Positions 24,035 to 33,752 of a stretch of 64,000 bases of DNA are shown one piece after another (position 1 is the stretch's first letter; the number at the start of each line of letters is the position of its first letter). Source of the DNA: Actinomycetota bacterium (GTDB lineage: Bacteria; Actinomycetota; CADDZG01; JAHWKV01); NCBI GenBank assembly GCA_030447305.1, contig JAUJPC010000003.1:268738-332737 (forward strand). Reading direction: 5' to 3'. The notes below the pieces were generated by a model. That model ran no database searches, had not been told where the DNA came from, and was given only the letters and a program-made list of their open reading frames with translations. A program made the translations under genes and the position numbers.

Positions 24035-24784
24035 TTGGCAATCGACAACCTATTTATGTCAATCCAATTTGCAGCCGTGCGAGCTGATGAGGTTTCCCTT
24101 ATAAGTCGAGAGCAGGTCTCTCCGGAGTTGGGATCGGCCGATTGCGGATTGGCGGTTGTTCCTCAGCTTCGCGAGTGGCGAGGCAAGCGTGTCCTTGATG
24201 TCTTGGTCGCGTCGGCTCTGCTGATCATCCTGGCGCCCGTTGCACTGCTGGCTGCCCTAGCCATCTGGGTAAACGCCCCCCGGAGCCCAGTACTGTTCCG
24301 TCAGCGCCGGGTGGGCCGGGGCGACAAGGAGTTCGCCATGCTGAAGTTGCGGACGATGGATCCCGACGCAGAGGAGCGGCTCTATTCCGAACGGGGGCTG
24401 CTCGAGCGCTTTTACATGGCCGACCACAAGATTCCCAACCACCTGGATCCACGCATCACCAGGATCGGGTGCTTCCTCCGCCGGTCGAGCATCGACGAGA
24501 TTCCCCAGTTGTTGAACGTGTTGCGTGGACAGATGAGCCTGGTGGGGCCGCGCCCGGTTGAGCGAACCCAACTGAGCCAGTACGAACATCGCCGGCATTA
24601 CTACCTGGCGATGCGCCCGGGCCTCACCGGCCTATGGCAAGTGTGCGGCCGCAGCCGGGTGACTTTCCCCGCCCGAGCCGAACTCGATGAGCACTACGCC
24701 AGACAAACCTCATTCCTCACGGACCTAAAGGTGCTGCTAAAGACGCCGTTCGCCGTTCTCCAAGGCCTGAACGAAGACTGCTAG
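24035..24784 (+). CDS. bacterial sugar transferase (WbaP/WcaJ C-terminal-domain type polyprenyl-phosphate hexose-1-phosphate transferase, small form)
   Basis: Single N-terminal TM helix then the PF02397-like catalytic region (…PRSPVLFRQRRVGRGDKEFAMLKLRTM…DEIPQLLNVLRGQMSLVGPRP…). TTG start with RBS. Confidence 0.8.
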   Translation: MAIDNLFMSIQFAAVRADEVSLISREQVSPELGSADCGLAVVPQLREWRGKRVLDVLVASALLIILAPVALLAALAIWVNAPRSPVLFRQRRVGRGDKEFAMLKLRTMDPDAEERLYSERGLLERFYMADHKIPNHLDPRITRIGCFLRRSSIDEIPQLLNVLRGQMSLVGPRPVERTQLSQYEHRRHYYLAMRPGLTGLWQVCGRSRVTFPARAELDEHYARQTSFLTDLKVLLKTPFAVLQGLNEDC

Positions 24785-24888
24785 GGCTAAGGCCAAACTC
24801 TTCCCCGCTCAACTCAGTTCAACAAAGCTGGCTCCACGACCCGTTGATCGCTGGCAGGGTTCCGGCCGATTGTCTGGGCTGCCGTCCG

Positions 24889-26340
24889 ATGAGCCGGAGC
24901 CCAGTGGGTGGAAACCTACATATCATCACTAAGAGCATGACTCGATTCGACAAGGCAACCAACCCCGGCCAGTTGGCGCCGGACCCGGTTGCTGCAGGGC
25001 CGCCTCAAAAATTCCGGAGCCTGGGCCATAACTCGGCATTCCGATTTGCTGCTGACGGCTCCTCCTTTGTGCTCGGACTGTTGGGCAGCGTGGTGGCAGC
25101 CCGGGCGCTCGGTCCCAGCGGTAAGGGGCTGTACAGCAGCATGGTCGTGCTGTCCCTGTTCATCGCCCACGCCAGTTTCCTGGGGCTCGGGGATGCCGCG
25201 ATGGTGCTCACCGGACAGAAGCAGGCGTCGTTTCAGCGTGCTCTTTCGGGAGGTTTGGCGGCGGCGGTCGTCTCCGGGCTGGCCGGCATGGGCTTGATGT
25301 GGGGGGCAGGCTCCCTGACGTTCGCTGAGGACTGGGGCCAGGCCCGCCCGGCGGTCTTGATCGCTGCGCTAAGTATTCCGGTGGTCATCTTCGGATTTCA
25401 TCTCATCTCGATATTGAGTGCCCAGGAGCGCATCGTCGCCTCCAGCGTCGCCTACGCCGCGAGTACCTGGGTCACAACCTTCGGGTTAGCTGCCGTGGCC
25501 CTCGCAGCGACCGTTACGCTAACCGGTACTGCTGTCGCCGGTCTGGCCGGGGCACTGACGACCGTTCTGGCGGGAGCGGCATTCGTCACACGCGGTTCCC
25601 GGCTCTCGCTGAAACCATCCTGGGACTGGGAATATCTCAAGCCGGCACTCAAGTACGGATTGCCGGCCGAGCTCTCCTATTTGCTCACCTTTGCATTCCT
25701 AAGGGCCGATCTGCTCCTGGTCTACTTCCTGGCCGGCTCGGAACCTGCCGGGCAGTACAGCATCGCCCTGACCGGTGCGATGGTCATAGGCCTGTTACCG
25801 GCCGCGGTGTCGTCCAGCACCTTCCCGAGGATCGCGAACCTGGGCGAGGAGGCTGCAGCCGGTCTGCTTGCCCGCATCTTCCGGCTCTGCCTGATTGGGT
25901 CCACCGCAGTCGCCTTGCCGTTCATGCCCGCCGCGGCGGTTGGCGTCCCGCTGTTTTTCGGGCAGGAGTTCGCCCCCGCGGTGTCGGCCACCCTCATCCT
26001 TACTCTGGGAAGCGTTGCCTGGAGCAGCCAATGGGTGTTGTGCAGGGGGCAGGCGGCGCGGGGACGGCCAGGTCTTCAGGTCCGGTCCTTTGCCGTCAGC
26101 CTCGGCGTGATGGTTGTGTTGGATTTCTTGCTGATACCGCTTCTGGGCATCAACGGCGCTGCGCTGGCGTCGGTGATCGCGCCCACCATCGGGCTGGTTC
26201 ATTGCCTGGCCGCCTACTCCCGGGGTAGCTGGTGGCCGCTCGGTCTGCGCGACTTCGTGCCTGGCGGTCGTGATATCAAAGCTGCCGCCCGTCTAATTTT
26301 AGGTCTGCTCACCAGAAGGGGCAGGGGGCGGGTCGTTTGA
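24889..26340 (+). CDS. Wzx-type polysaccharide/O-unit flippase (MOP superfamily)
   Basis: ~12-14 TM helices, polysacc_synt-like N-terminus (…LGPSGKGLYSSMVVLSLFIAHASFLGLGDAAMV…). Start ambiguous (24844/24889/24937). Confidence 0.7.
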   Translation: MSRSPVGGNLHIITKSMTRFDKATNPGQLAPDPVAAGPPQKFRSLGHNSAFRFAADGSSFVLGLLGSVVAARALGPSGKGLYSSMVVLSLFIAHASFLGLGDAAMVLTGQKQASFQRALSGGLAAAVVSGLAGMGLMWGAGSLTFAEDWGQARPAVLIAALSIPVVIFGFHLISILSAQERIVASSVAYAASTWVTTFGLAAVALAATVTLTGTAVAGLAGALTTVLAGAAFVTRGSRLSLKPSWDWEYLKPALKYGLPAELSYLLTFAFLRADLLLVYFLAGSEPAGQYSIALTGAMVIGLLPAAVSSSTFPRIANLGEEAAAGLLARIFRLCLIGSTAVALPFMPAAAVGVPLFFGQEFAPAVSATLILTLGSVAWSSQWVLCRGQAARGRPGLQVRSFAVSLGVMVVLDFLLIPLLGINGAALASVIAPTIGLVHCLAAYSRGSWWPLGLRDFVPGGRDIKAAARLILGLLTRRGRGRVV

Positions 26341-29127
26341 CGCGATGAGCACGATCTCCTCGCCCCAATCGCCGAAGCGCAGTGAGAGGCGCTCGACCAA
26401 TCCGAAGACCGATCCGCCGGCTTTGACCATGAGGCGGCGAACCCGGGAGGCCGGGTTGCCCCCGGCGGCGATCCGGCTGCTCTCCTCCCAAACGAAGCGC
26501 GTCAGCAGACCACACGTAAACAACCGGTCGACCTTCAAGCCGGCCTTTTTTGTGGTGAGGGCCAGCAGGTGGGGGCTGAAGATCGACAGGTGCCGTGGAA
26601 CCTCCCAGGCAAACCAGTTGCGCCCGAACCACCGCCGCCCAAGGCTGGAGCTGTTCGGCGTCACGACGATCAACCGGCCGCCGGGCTTCAGCCAGCGGCG
26701 GCAGGTGGCTACGAGCTCCGCCGGGTCGTGCACGTGCTCGATGACGTGGATCATCGTCACCAGGTCGAAGGATCCGAGCGGAAACCGGCCCTCCTCGGGA
26801 ACCGCACACTGAACCTTCAGCCCGTGCACGTTCCGGGCCCGCCCCACCGCCCGGGCATCGGGTTCGATGCCCTCCACCTCCCAGCCCAGGTGCCGCATCT
26901 GCGACAGGTATTCGCCGGAGCCGCAGCCTACGTCGATCATCCTGCCGGCCGGTCCGGTGGCCCACTTGACCTTGAAGGCGGCCCGCTCCCTAAGGCCTGG
27001 AACCGACGCCAGCACGCTTCCCAGCTGCCTTAGAGATTTCGAGCGGACGGCCTCCTCGTAGGCCAGGGTCGTGAAGAGGGCCCGAATGACCGGCTGCTTC
27101 GCCTGGCGGAAGGCGCGAAGAAGAAAGGGGATCTGCCGGGGATCCTGGTGAGTGAAGTAGGACTCGGGATACAGCTTGCCTATCTCGTTCCGCTCAGGCC
27201 GTGGGTTTAGCCAGATGAGCCCGCACCGCGGGCAGCTCAGTAGCTGCCAGCGGCCGGGGGCATTGCCCGACTGATCGGCGACGCCGTCGAGCAGCGTTTG
27301 GCCCTCCGTGCCACACAGATCGCAGTTCGGATGCGGGGAGCAGGCGACGGAATCGTTAAGCAGCAAGGACCCGGAAGTGTCCGCCGCCTCTGGTTCTTCA
27401 GGCACGGTCGTTGGTGCGCATTCGAAGTTCAATTCCAGCCCACCGTACACCGTCCTCAGGTTCGGGTTGAGGAAGGGATCGCCGGCATCGAGCCGGGATT
27501 TCCACCTTCTGTCGAACGCTTCGGCAGCCTCGGGAGAAATACTGGGAAGCTCACGGCTGGAGTGGGCAAGGTGCACGGTGGCGTGCGGAGTGCAGATCAC
27601 CCGGTAACCGGCGTCGTGCGCCCGAAGGCACAGATCCAACTCGGCAAGGGGACTGGGAAGATCGGGATGAAAGCCCTTCAGCTCCTCAAACACCGATCGC
27701 CGGACCATAAAACACCCGCATACTCCGCTGCAGTTGCGGCATGACCCGCCGTGTCCGAAGTACCCGCGTGAGGCGGGGTGGAGTCCCCGGAACGCGAACA
27801 TGGCCTCCTGTTCGGTGGTGAGGACTATTCCCGCGGCAAATATCTTGCCGTCCGAACCGACCAGGCGGGCCCCGGTGATTCCCACTTCCGACCGGCAACA
27901 CTGCTCCAGCAGCGCCTGAACCCACCCCGGCTCGGCGGATACAACGTCTTCGCCCAGAAAGAGCAGGAACTCACTGCCCGAGTCCTGAACGGCAGCGTTC
28001 GCCAAGGATCCCCAAGCCCCGCCGGTGCCGGCGGGAACGATTTCGATTGAGCCGAGTTCGATTTGCGGTGCCGGCCGGGGGCCTAACCGGATCATCGCTA
28101 CCGGAGGGTTGGGCGGCACGGGATACCTTATGCGGAACCGGCCGGCACCCTGGGCCTCTACCCTTGCCTCGACGCCCCGGCGGACAAGGGCATCCTCCAG
28201 GCATCGCTTTGCGGCCCCCTGCGCTTGCGGTTTGGCATAGCCCGAGCTCGCCGTGGACCCTGGGATGCTGCGCCAGTGGTAGAGCACCTTGGGGAGGTGG
28301 GCCACCTTGGCGGTGCTCTCCGTGACCCGTAGCATCAGGTCGTAGTCCTGCCCGGGCTCGATTCCCGGCCGGAATCCGCCCACCTGGTCGAGGAGCGTTC
28401 TTCGGCAGACCACCAGGTGCGTTAAGTAGTTCATCGCCAGCAGCAGATCCGGCGACCATCCCGGCTTAAAGTACGGGTTGGTAAGCGCGCCGGTGACCGC
28501 GTCGAGCCTGTCCTCGTCGGTGTAGATGACGTCGATCCGTGGATCGGCGTTCAGTAGAGCGGCGACCTCATACAGAGCGTCCGGCGCGAGCTCATCATCA
28601 TGGTCCAGCAGGGCGACGTACTCGCCCGCCGACGCCTTCAGCGCCCGGTTAGAGGCGGTCGAGATCCCCGAGTTCTGCTCCAGAAACACACAGGAGATGC
28701 GGGCGTCGTTCTTCACGTAATCGGCGAGGACCTTTGCGATGTGGGGTCTGGCCGATCCGTCGTCTGCCAGCCGCAGCTCCCAGTAGGGGTACGCCTGGCG
28801 AAGCACCGAGTCGATGGCTGCCCGCAGCCACACTTCGTCGACCTCGAAGACCGGAACAATCACGCTGATCACCGGTTTGTAGCCGAACTCCTCGCTGCGG
28901 GAGCGCATTGCGCGCAGCGCGGCCTCCGACGGCGCGTGATGCTCTCGCCAGCGCTCGTAGCCGGCGTTGATCGCCCGAAGCTCAGGCGGCTCGGTCAATG
29001 GGGAGCCGTGGAGCAGACGGTTTCGAAGCCGAAGGTGGACCTCCCTCCCCAGTGCCCGAATCCCTCTCTCCCTCAGGAGGCCGATAGATCCCCTAGCGAG
29101 CAGATAGGTCCGGCGTGTCGAGATCAC
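26299..29127 (-). CDS. multidomain glycan-processing enzyme: GT2 glycosyltransferase + second GT2-like domain + Cys4 zinc-ribbon + class I SAM-dependent methyltransferase
   Basis: GT2 #1 has ISVIVPVFEVDEVWL…LADDGS…DHDDEL. GT2 #2 is at ~res 410-600. The zinc ribbon is CSPHPNCDLC…CPRCG. The MTase has motif I MIDVGCGSGEYL and post-I EVEGIEPD. Start uncertain (GTG 29127 chosen; ORF open to 29271). Confidence 0.8.
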   Translation of the reverse strand: MISTRRTYLLARGSIGLLRERGIRALGREVHLRLRNRLLHGSPLTEPPELRAINAGYERWREHHAPSEAALRAMRSRSEEFGYKPVISVIVPVFEVDEVWLRAAIDSVLRQAYPYWELRLADDGSARPHIAKVLADYVKNDARISCVFLEQNSGISTASNRALKASAGEYVALLDHDDELAPDALYEVAALLNADPRIDVIYTDEDRLDAVTGALTNPYFKPGWSPDLLLAMNYLTHLVVCRRTLLDQVGGFRPGIEPGQDYDLMLRVTESTAKVAHLPKVLYHWRSIPGSTASSGYAKPQAQGAAKRCLEDALVRRGVEARVEAQGAGRFRIRYPVPPNPPVAMIRLGPRPAPQIELGSIEIVPAGTGGAWGSLANAAVQDSGSEFLLFLGEDVVSAEPGWVQALLEQCCRSEVGITGARLVGSDGKIFAAGIVLTTEQEAMFAFRGLHPASRGYFGHGGSCRNCSGVCGCFMVRRSVFEELKGFHPDLPSPLAELDLCLRAHDAGYRVICTPHATVHLAHSSRELPSISPEAAEAFDRRWKSRLDAGDPFLNPNLRTVYGGLELNFECAPTTVPEEPEAADTSGSLLLNDSVACSPHPNCDLCGTEGQTLLDGVADQSGNAPGRWQLLSCPRCGLIWLNPRPERNEIGKLYPESYFTHQDPRQIPFLLRAFRQAKQPVIRALFTTLAYEEAVRSKSLRQLGSVLASVPGLRERAAFKVKWATGPAGRMIDVGCGSGEYLSQMRHLGWEVEGIEPDARAVGRARNVHGLKVQCAVPEEGRFPLGSFDLVTMIHVIEHVHDPAELVATCRRWLKPGGRLIVVTPNSSSLGRRWFGRNWFAWEVPRHLSIFSPHLLALTTKKAGLKVDRLFTCGLLTRFVWEESSRIAAGGNPASRVRRLMVKAGGSVFGLVERLSLRFGDWGEEIVLIASNDPPPAPSGEQT

Positions 29128-29155
29128 GGGCCGGGCGTCCTTCGGGCGGCTGAGG

Positions 29156-29977
29156 TTACCGGCTTCTCCGCCAGTAGTGGCCGGCCCAGTCGATCTGCTC
29201 CAGCTCGTCGGCGATCTCGTACTTATTGCGGAAGTCCTCGGTCGCCGCCTTGCACTCCACCAGCGCACCATAGTCGTCGATGATCACGTAACCGCCCACC
29301 GACAGCTTGGGATACAGCGACTCCAGGGCCACCATTGTCGAGTCGTACATATCGCCGTCCAGCCGCATCAGCGATAGCCTCTCAACCGGCGCGGTGGGCA
29401 GTGTGTCGGAGAAAAAGCCCGGCAAGAACTCCACCTGGTCGTCCAGCAGGCGGTACTTGGCGAAGTTGGTCTGCACGGTCTCGAGAGGGACGGCCAACTC
29501 GGAGAACCTCCACAGGTCGTCGCCGTCGAGCTTCACGTCCCGGGACTCGTCGCCCTTGGGCAGGCCCTGGAAAGAGTCGGCGACCCAGACCTTGCGGGTC
29601 GTGTCGCCGTAGGCTTTCAACGCTCCCCGCATGAAGATCGAGGCCCCTCCCCGCCAAACACCTGTCTCGATCAAATCCCCTGGAACCTCGTCGGCGATGA
29701 TATTGCGAATGCACTCGTGGAGGTTGTCGAGACGCTCCATGCCCACCATCGTTTCGGCATCGGCCGGCCAGTCGGAGCCGGTCTTCCGCCGCTCGGGATC
29801 GACCTGCCTTACTAGCTGAAGACCCCAGATCTGCTCGAGGATGAACTTTACGGGGATGTAGAGTTTGCGTTTCCAGCCCCACGGACCGGGCAGCTCATAC
29901 GATTCGAGCCCTTCTCTAGTCAGGACCTGCTTAAGAAGATCCAGGTACAGCTCAGCGGTCATCTCAGAAGTGAACAT
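29156..29977 (-). CDS. TylF/MycF-family (macrocin-O-methyltransferase-like) SAM-dependent sugar O-methyltransferase
   Basis: …IETGVWRGGASIFMRGAL…VWVADSFQGLP…LMRLDGDMYDSTM…GGYVIIDDY matches the TylF fold motifs. Confidence 0.8.
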   Translation of the reverse strand: MFTSEMTAELYLDLLKQVLTREGLESYELPGPWGWKRKLYIPVKFILEQIWGLQLVRQVDPERRKTGSDWPADAETMVGMERLDNLHECIRNIIADEVPGDLIETGVWRGGASIFMRGALKAYGDTTRKVWVADSFQGLPKGDESRDVKLDGDDLWRFSELAVPLETVQTNFAKYRLLDDQVEFLPGFFSDTLPTAPVERLSLMRLDGDMYDSTMVALESLYPKLSVGGYVIIDDYGALVECKAATEDFRNKYEIADELEQIDWAGHYWRRSR

Positions 29978-30021
29978 CTACACAAGATAGCCCCTGACGT
30001 AACGGGGGAGCGGTTTTCACC

Positions 30022-31455
30022 TCAGGGCCTTTCCCCAAGAGCAGGTTTGGGGATCTGGGCTCCCGCTGGGAAGAACCTTTCCGGCTGGAAACGCTCCGGT
30101 GCCGCCAGGATTCGGCCCAAATAAAGGGCAATGGCGAACTGCACCAGCAGCGCAGTCGAGGCAAAGTAGAACGATGAGAGCGCGCCATAGGTGCCGGTGT
30201 AAAAGACGGTCGCAAGGCTCAGATTCAGGGTCGCGTTCCGACTTTGGTAAACATCGTCCAGCAGTCCCTTGACCCGAGTGGTTCCCCAGCCAGTGAAGAA
30301 TCCGGCCACGAATGACCACAGCGCGGCGCCGACAAAGCCGAACGAGACATAGCCCCACAGAGGAGCCGGGAGCCTGAGCCCCCCGGAGGGGATGGCGTCG
30401 ACGTCACCGTAGACGGTTCTCAGAGCATAGGTGGAGGGGTCGTAGTGGCCTTCTTTCGGGCTGATCCCGGCCGCGATAAGCGTCCAACCGGTGGTCTGCT
30501 CGCCCGTTAGGCGAAAACCACGGAGAAACGACAAGTGATCCCGGATATCCGGCGCGTGAGCCGCCACCCGCATGGCCAGCGGCTGGGAGCCGCCGGAGAC
30601 CGAGAAGAAGAGCTCGTTGCTGAGCGATCCGACTACGAAGCTGAGTGCAACCACCAGGAAAATCAGGACGGGCCGCACCCGCCGGGAGACCGCAACAGCA
30701 ACGCCGAACAGAACCACTCCGGAGAAGGTCAGGCCGCGGCTGAGGGACAGGCTCAGCCCCCCTATCAGAGCGAGCCCGATTGCCCAGTCCAGCAGCCGCT
30801 TACGGCGGTAAGCGACGGCCAATGTGATTGGCAGAACCGTGGAGGCCATTGCAAGGCCAAGCCGGTACACCAGGGCGCCCCGCTGAAAGCCCGCTTCGTA
30901 CGGGCCGATACCGTATTTTGCCGCCAGTCGGTCGGCCGCCAGCAGCGGAGCAAATCCCATGATCAAGAATCCGGTGCCCAGCGCCAGGCCACCCAAGATC
31001 GACAGGATCCGCGATCGAATAGCCACCAGCCGCAGCAGCTTTTCCGACATCCGCGGCTGGACGAAGGTGAATCGGGCCTTCTTGGCCGGGGTGTTTCCCA
31101 GGGGGGAGCCGAAGTAGAGTCCGGCAAGGTAAGCCGCTCCGCCTACCGCGATGAGGTTGGCGTAGAGCTGGGTCACCTCGGAATCGAACTCGTCGAAGAT
31201 GGGCGTGCCCAGCAGCGGGATGAGAAGTGTGGTGATGAAGAGGCCGCCCTGGAGATAGCCCAGCACGTTGTCGCGCCGGTGCCAGAACAAGACCTGGCCG
31301 CAGCTAAGTGCCAGAAGGCCAAGACAAGCCTGAACGGCTGTAACGGTCACTGAAATTCTGCTCCTGCCGGCTTCAGTTTCGCTTGCCGCGCGTCCGCGGT
31401 TGCCTTGAATACGGACTGACTGGCGTAAAGGACGAGTGAGATCTTGCTTCGGCAA
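30022..31455 (-). CDS. polytopic membrane protein, O-antigen polymerase/ligase (Wzy-like) candidate
   Basis: ≥10 predicted TM helices and a …LSLSRGLTFSGVVLFG… segment reminiscent of Wzy_C. Identification is tentative. Confidence 0.45.
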   Translation of the reverse strand: MPKQDLTRPLRQSVRIQGNRGRAASETEAGRSRISVTVTAVQACLGLLALSCGQVLFWHRRDNVLGYLQGGLFITTLLIPLLGTPIFDEFDSEVTQLYANLIAVGGAAYLAGLYFGSPLGNTPAKKARFTFVQPRMSEKLLRLVAIRSRILSILGGLALGTGFLIMGFAPLLAADRLAAKYGIGPYEAGFQRGALVYRLGLAMASTVLPITLAVAYRRKRLLDWAIGLALIGGLSLSLSRGLTFSGVVLFGVAVAVSRRVRPVLIFLVVALSFVVGSLSNELFFSVSGGSQPLAMRVAAHAPDIRDHLSFLRGFRLTGEQTTGWTLIAAGISPKEGHYDPSTYALRTVYGDVDAIPSGGLRLPAPLWGYVSFGFVGAALWSFVAGFFTGWGTTRVKGLLDDVYQSRNATLNLSLATVFYTGTYGALSSFYFASTALLVQFAIALYLGRILAAPERFQPERFFPAGAQIPKPALGERP

Positions 31456-31519
31456 ATATTAGCCCAGCGAGCAGGCCGCAGGTCACCACATAGGTGCCAG
31501 ACCGAGGGGGGTACCCCCG

Positions 31520-32482
31520 TCAAAAGAGCAGATCCTTGGCCACGCTCCTCAAACCGTAGGAGTGCCTCCAGTAGTTCCCGGACAGCACCTCCGATCGAAG
31601 CAGCGATGGCTTGCCCTTACCCTGCCGCATGGCGGCGCGGGCCCGCAGGTGTGAGATCTTCTGCTCGATCGCCTGAAGAGTGCCCGGTCTGGCGGGGAAC
31701 CGGTCCGACTTCTGGTTTAGCCGCTCCAGGAGCGCGGTGTAGCCTTCCGCTAACTTCCAATAGTGGGAGGCGTTGTGCTGCCGGGCCTCGGCCACATGCC
31801 GCCGGAAGCTTCGAAGCGTTATCGCGCCGGTGCTCTGGGTGCGGTGCTGCCGCCACTTTCCCAGCGGCTGCTCCAAGACAGCAGGATCGGAGACGGCAGC
31901 AATCAGGACCGACACCCAAAGGTCGTGTCCCGGTCCATCGAAGGGCAGGATCAGGTCTTTGAATCTCGCCCGGAATCCCTGGGCCATGCCGGCGGCAATG
32001 CCCTGACCGAGGATGTAGTCAAAACTGTGCCCAGTCATCAGCCGCCTGTGCCGGGCCGGGCTTATGCAGCGAAACTGCCACAGGTCATAGCCGATGTTCT
32101 TCAGGTCTTCGTCTACCAACTCCACGTTGCTGAAGGCCAAACCGGCATCCGGTGCGTTGTCCAGGGCAGCAAGCAGCCTGGCCAGCTTGTCGGGGTGCCA
32201 GATGTCGTCCTGGTCGGCGAAGAAGATAGTGTCGCCTCGACAAAGGTCCGTTGCCTTCTCGAAGTTCTTCAGAGTCCCCAGCTTCTGGTCGTTCATGAAC
32301 AGCCGTATCTCGAAACCTGCGGAGGCACGGAAGTCTTCGATTATGCCGAGGGTTGTGTCCGTGGAGCCGTCGTCGCAGATGACGAGCTCATCTGGAGGCC
32401 GAGTCTGGTTGGCGATGGTGGCCAGCTGCTCGGCGAGGAACCTCTCGCCCTGGTAGGTGCACATCGCTATGGAGACCTGCAC
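31520..32482 (-). CDS. GT2-family glycosyltransferase
   Basis: (M)QVSIAMCTYQGERFLAEQLATIANQTRPPDELVICDDGSTD… is the canonical GT-A N-terminus with DXD. GTG start at 32482 chosen; the longer ORF N-terminus is low-complexity. Confidence 0.8.
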   Translation of the reverse strand: MQVSIAMCTYQGERFLAEQLATIANQTRPPDELVICDDGSTDTTLGIIEDFRASAGFEIRLFMNDQKLGTLKNFEKATDLCRGDTIFFADQDDIWHPDKLARLLAALDNAPDAGLAFSNVELVDEDLKNIGYDLWQFRCISPARHRRLMTGHSFDYILGQGIAAGMAQGFRARFKDLILPFDGPGHDLWVSVLIAAVSDPAVLEQPLGKWRQHRTQSTGAITLRSFRRHVAEARQHNASHYWKLAEGYTALLERLNQKSDRFPARPGTLQAIEQKISHLRARAAMRQGKGKPSLLRSEVLSGNYWRHSYGLRSVAKDLLF

Positions 32483-32547
32483 CGGGCTCGGCGAAGTCAA
32501 GCCTGAACCGTGCTTTGTAGCCACTCGATGGCCTTCATCGGCGGAAT

Positions 32548-33681
32548 CTAAGCGGCCCGTTCCGGTGACTCGAGCGCCGTCCGGAGGATCCCCTGGATCC
32601 GGGCGGCAAACTCCTCGATGGACGGAGCCTGTTCCAGAAACCGCCGGGAGGCGACCTCGGCCACCTCCGGCGTATTGGCCTGATCCCGGTAGGCGCAAGC
32701 GTCCAGGGCTTCGACCATCCTGTCGAAGGAGCGGGCCGGAAACTGGTTGGCGTATCCCCGGGTGACCTCCGGGAGGGACCCTCCGTCGCTGGCGCATACC
32801 GGAACTCCGCAACACAGCGCCTCCCAGGCGGGCAGTCCGAACCCCTCCTCGAGGGACGGCTGCACCAGGAACCTGCAGGTTGCCAGCAGCGTTTCCAGAT
32901 CCGACTGGCTGCCGAAGGGCCGGATCTCAACGTACCGCCGCTGCGCCTCGGTCAACCGGGAGGTAAGATCCGAGTGTTCCGCCCGACTCCCGCCCGTGAG
33001 CCGCAGCCGCCCTCCCTCGGCGCAGAAGGCCGTTCGGGCGAACGCTTCAATCAGCATCTCGAGGTTCTTATGGGGCAGAAACAGTCCCAGGTACAGCGCC
33101 ACCGGTTGGGGCTCGAGCGTTCGCCGCAGCTCTGCCACCCGCTGCGCCATCAGCGGATCCCCCGGGCAGACCGCAACGCTGACCTTTGATGCAGACACTC
33201 CAAGGTCGGTTGCGATGCACTTCTTCGAGTACTCGGAGGTCGTGACGATATGCCGGGAGATCGTCGCCACTCTCTGCAGAAATCGCCGTTTGACCGCCCG
33301 CTCCAACGTGCCCGACGCAAACCGCAGCGGGATCGTGTCGTAGATCATCGTCACCGAAGGAACCCTTCGCTGCGGTCGCTGCTGGTGCATGAACAGAGCG
33401 AGCTCGCAGTCAGGGATGGCGAACCAGGCCCTCTGTCCATTCAGCATCCGCGGATCGTGCGGCTCCAAAACCACCTCCGCCCCCCGCCATGCCAGGGCCT
33501 GCACGCTCGGCGGGCCCCAAAGGATCCAGCGGGCGTCGGGCGGTGACAAGGCCAGACCCCGTAGAAGCAGCTCGGTCACGCGTCCGGCCCCACCGGAGTT
33601 CAGCCAACGGCAGTCCAGCAGAATCCGGGGAGTTGTCGGCATTTGAGTCAACAGGATAACGAGGACATCGCCCTCTACCAC
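32548..33681 (-). CDS. GT4-family (group 1) glycosyltransferase
   Basis: C-terminal EX7E-type motif …LVQPSLEEGFGLPAWEALCCGVPVCASDGGSLPEV. Confidence 0.8.
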   Translation of the reverse strand: MVEGDVLVILLTQMPTTPRILLDCRWLNSGGAGRVTELLLRGLALSPPDARWILWGPPSVQALAWRGAEVVLEPHDPRMLNGQRAWFAIPDCELALFMHQQRPQRRVPSVTMIYDTIPLRFASGTLERAVKRRFLQRVATISRHIVTTSEYSKKCIATDLGVSASKVSVAVCPGDPLMAQRVAELRRTLEPQPVALYLGLFLPHKNLEMLIEAFARTAFCAEGGRLRLTGGSRAEHSDLTSRLTEAQRRYVEIRPFGSQSDLETLLATCRFLVQPSLEEGFGLPAWEALCCGVPVCASDGGSLPEVTRGYANQFPARSFDRMVEALDACAYRDQANTPEVAEVASRRFLEQAPSIEEFAARIQGILRTALESPERAA

Positions 33682-33752
33682 GATCGTGGGACATTATGCT
33701 GCGTAACCATGGCCCCACGTCAACGTCGATTCTCGAACTCGAGCTCGAACGT

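Noticed and set aside
30535-31353. 272-aa ORF antisense to the Wzy-like gene
   Set aside because: Gln/Arg/Gly-rich, no motifs; the sense strand encodes a coherent polytopic membrane protein.
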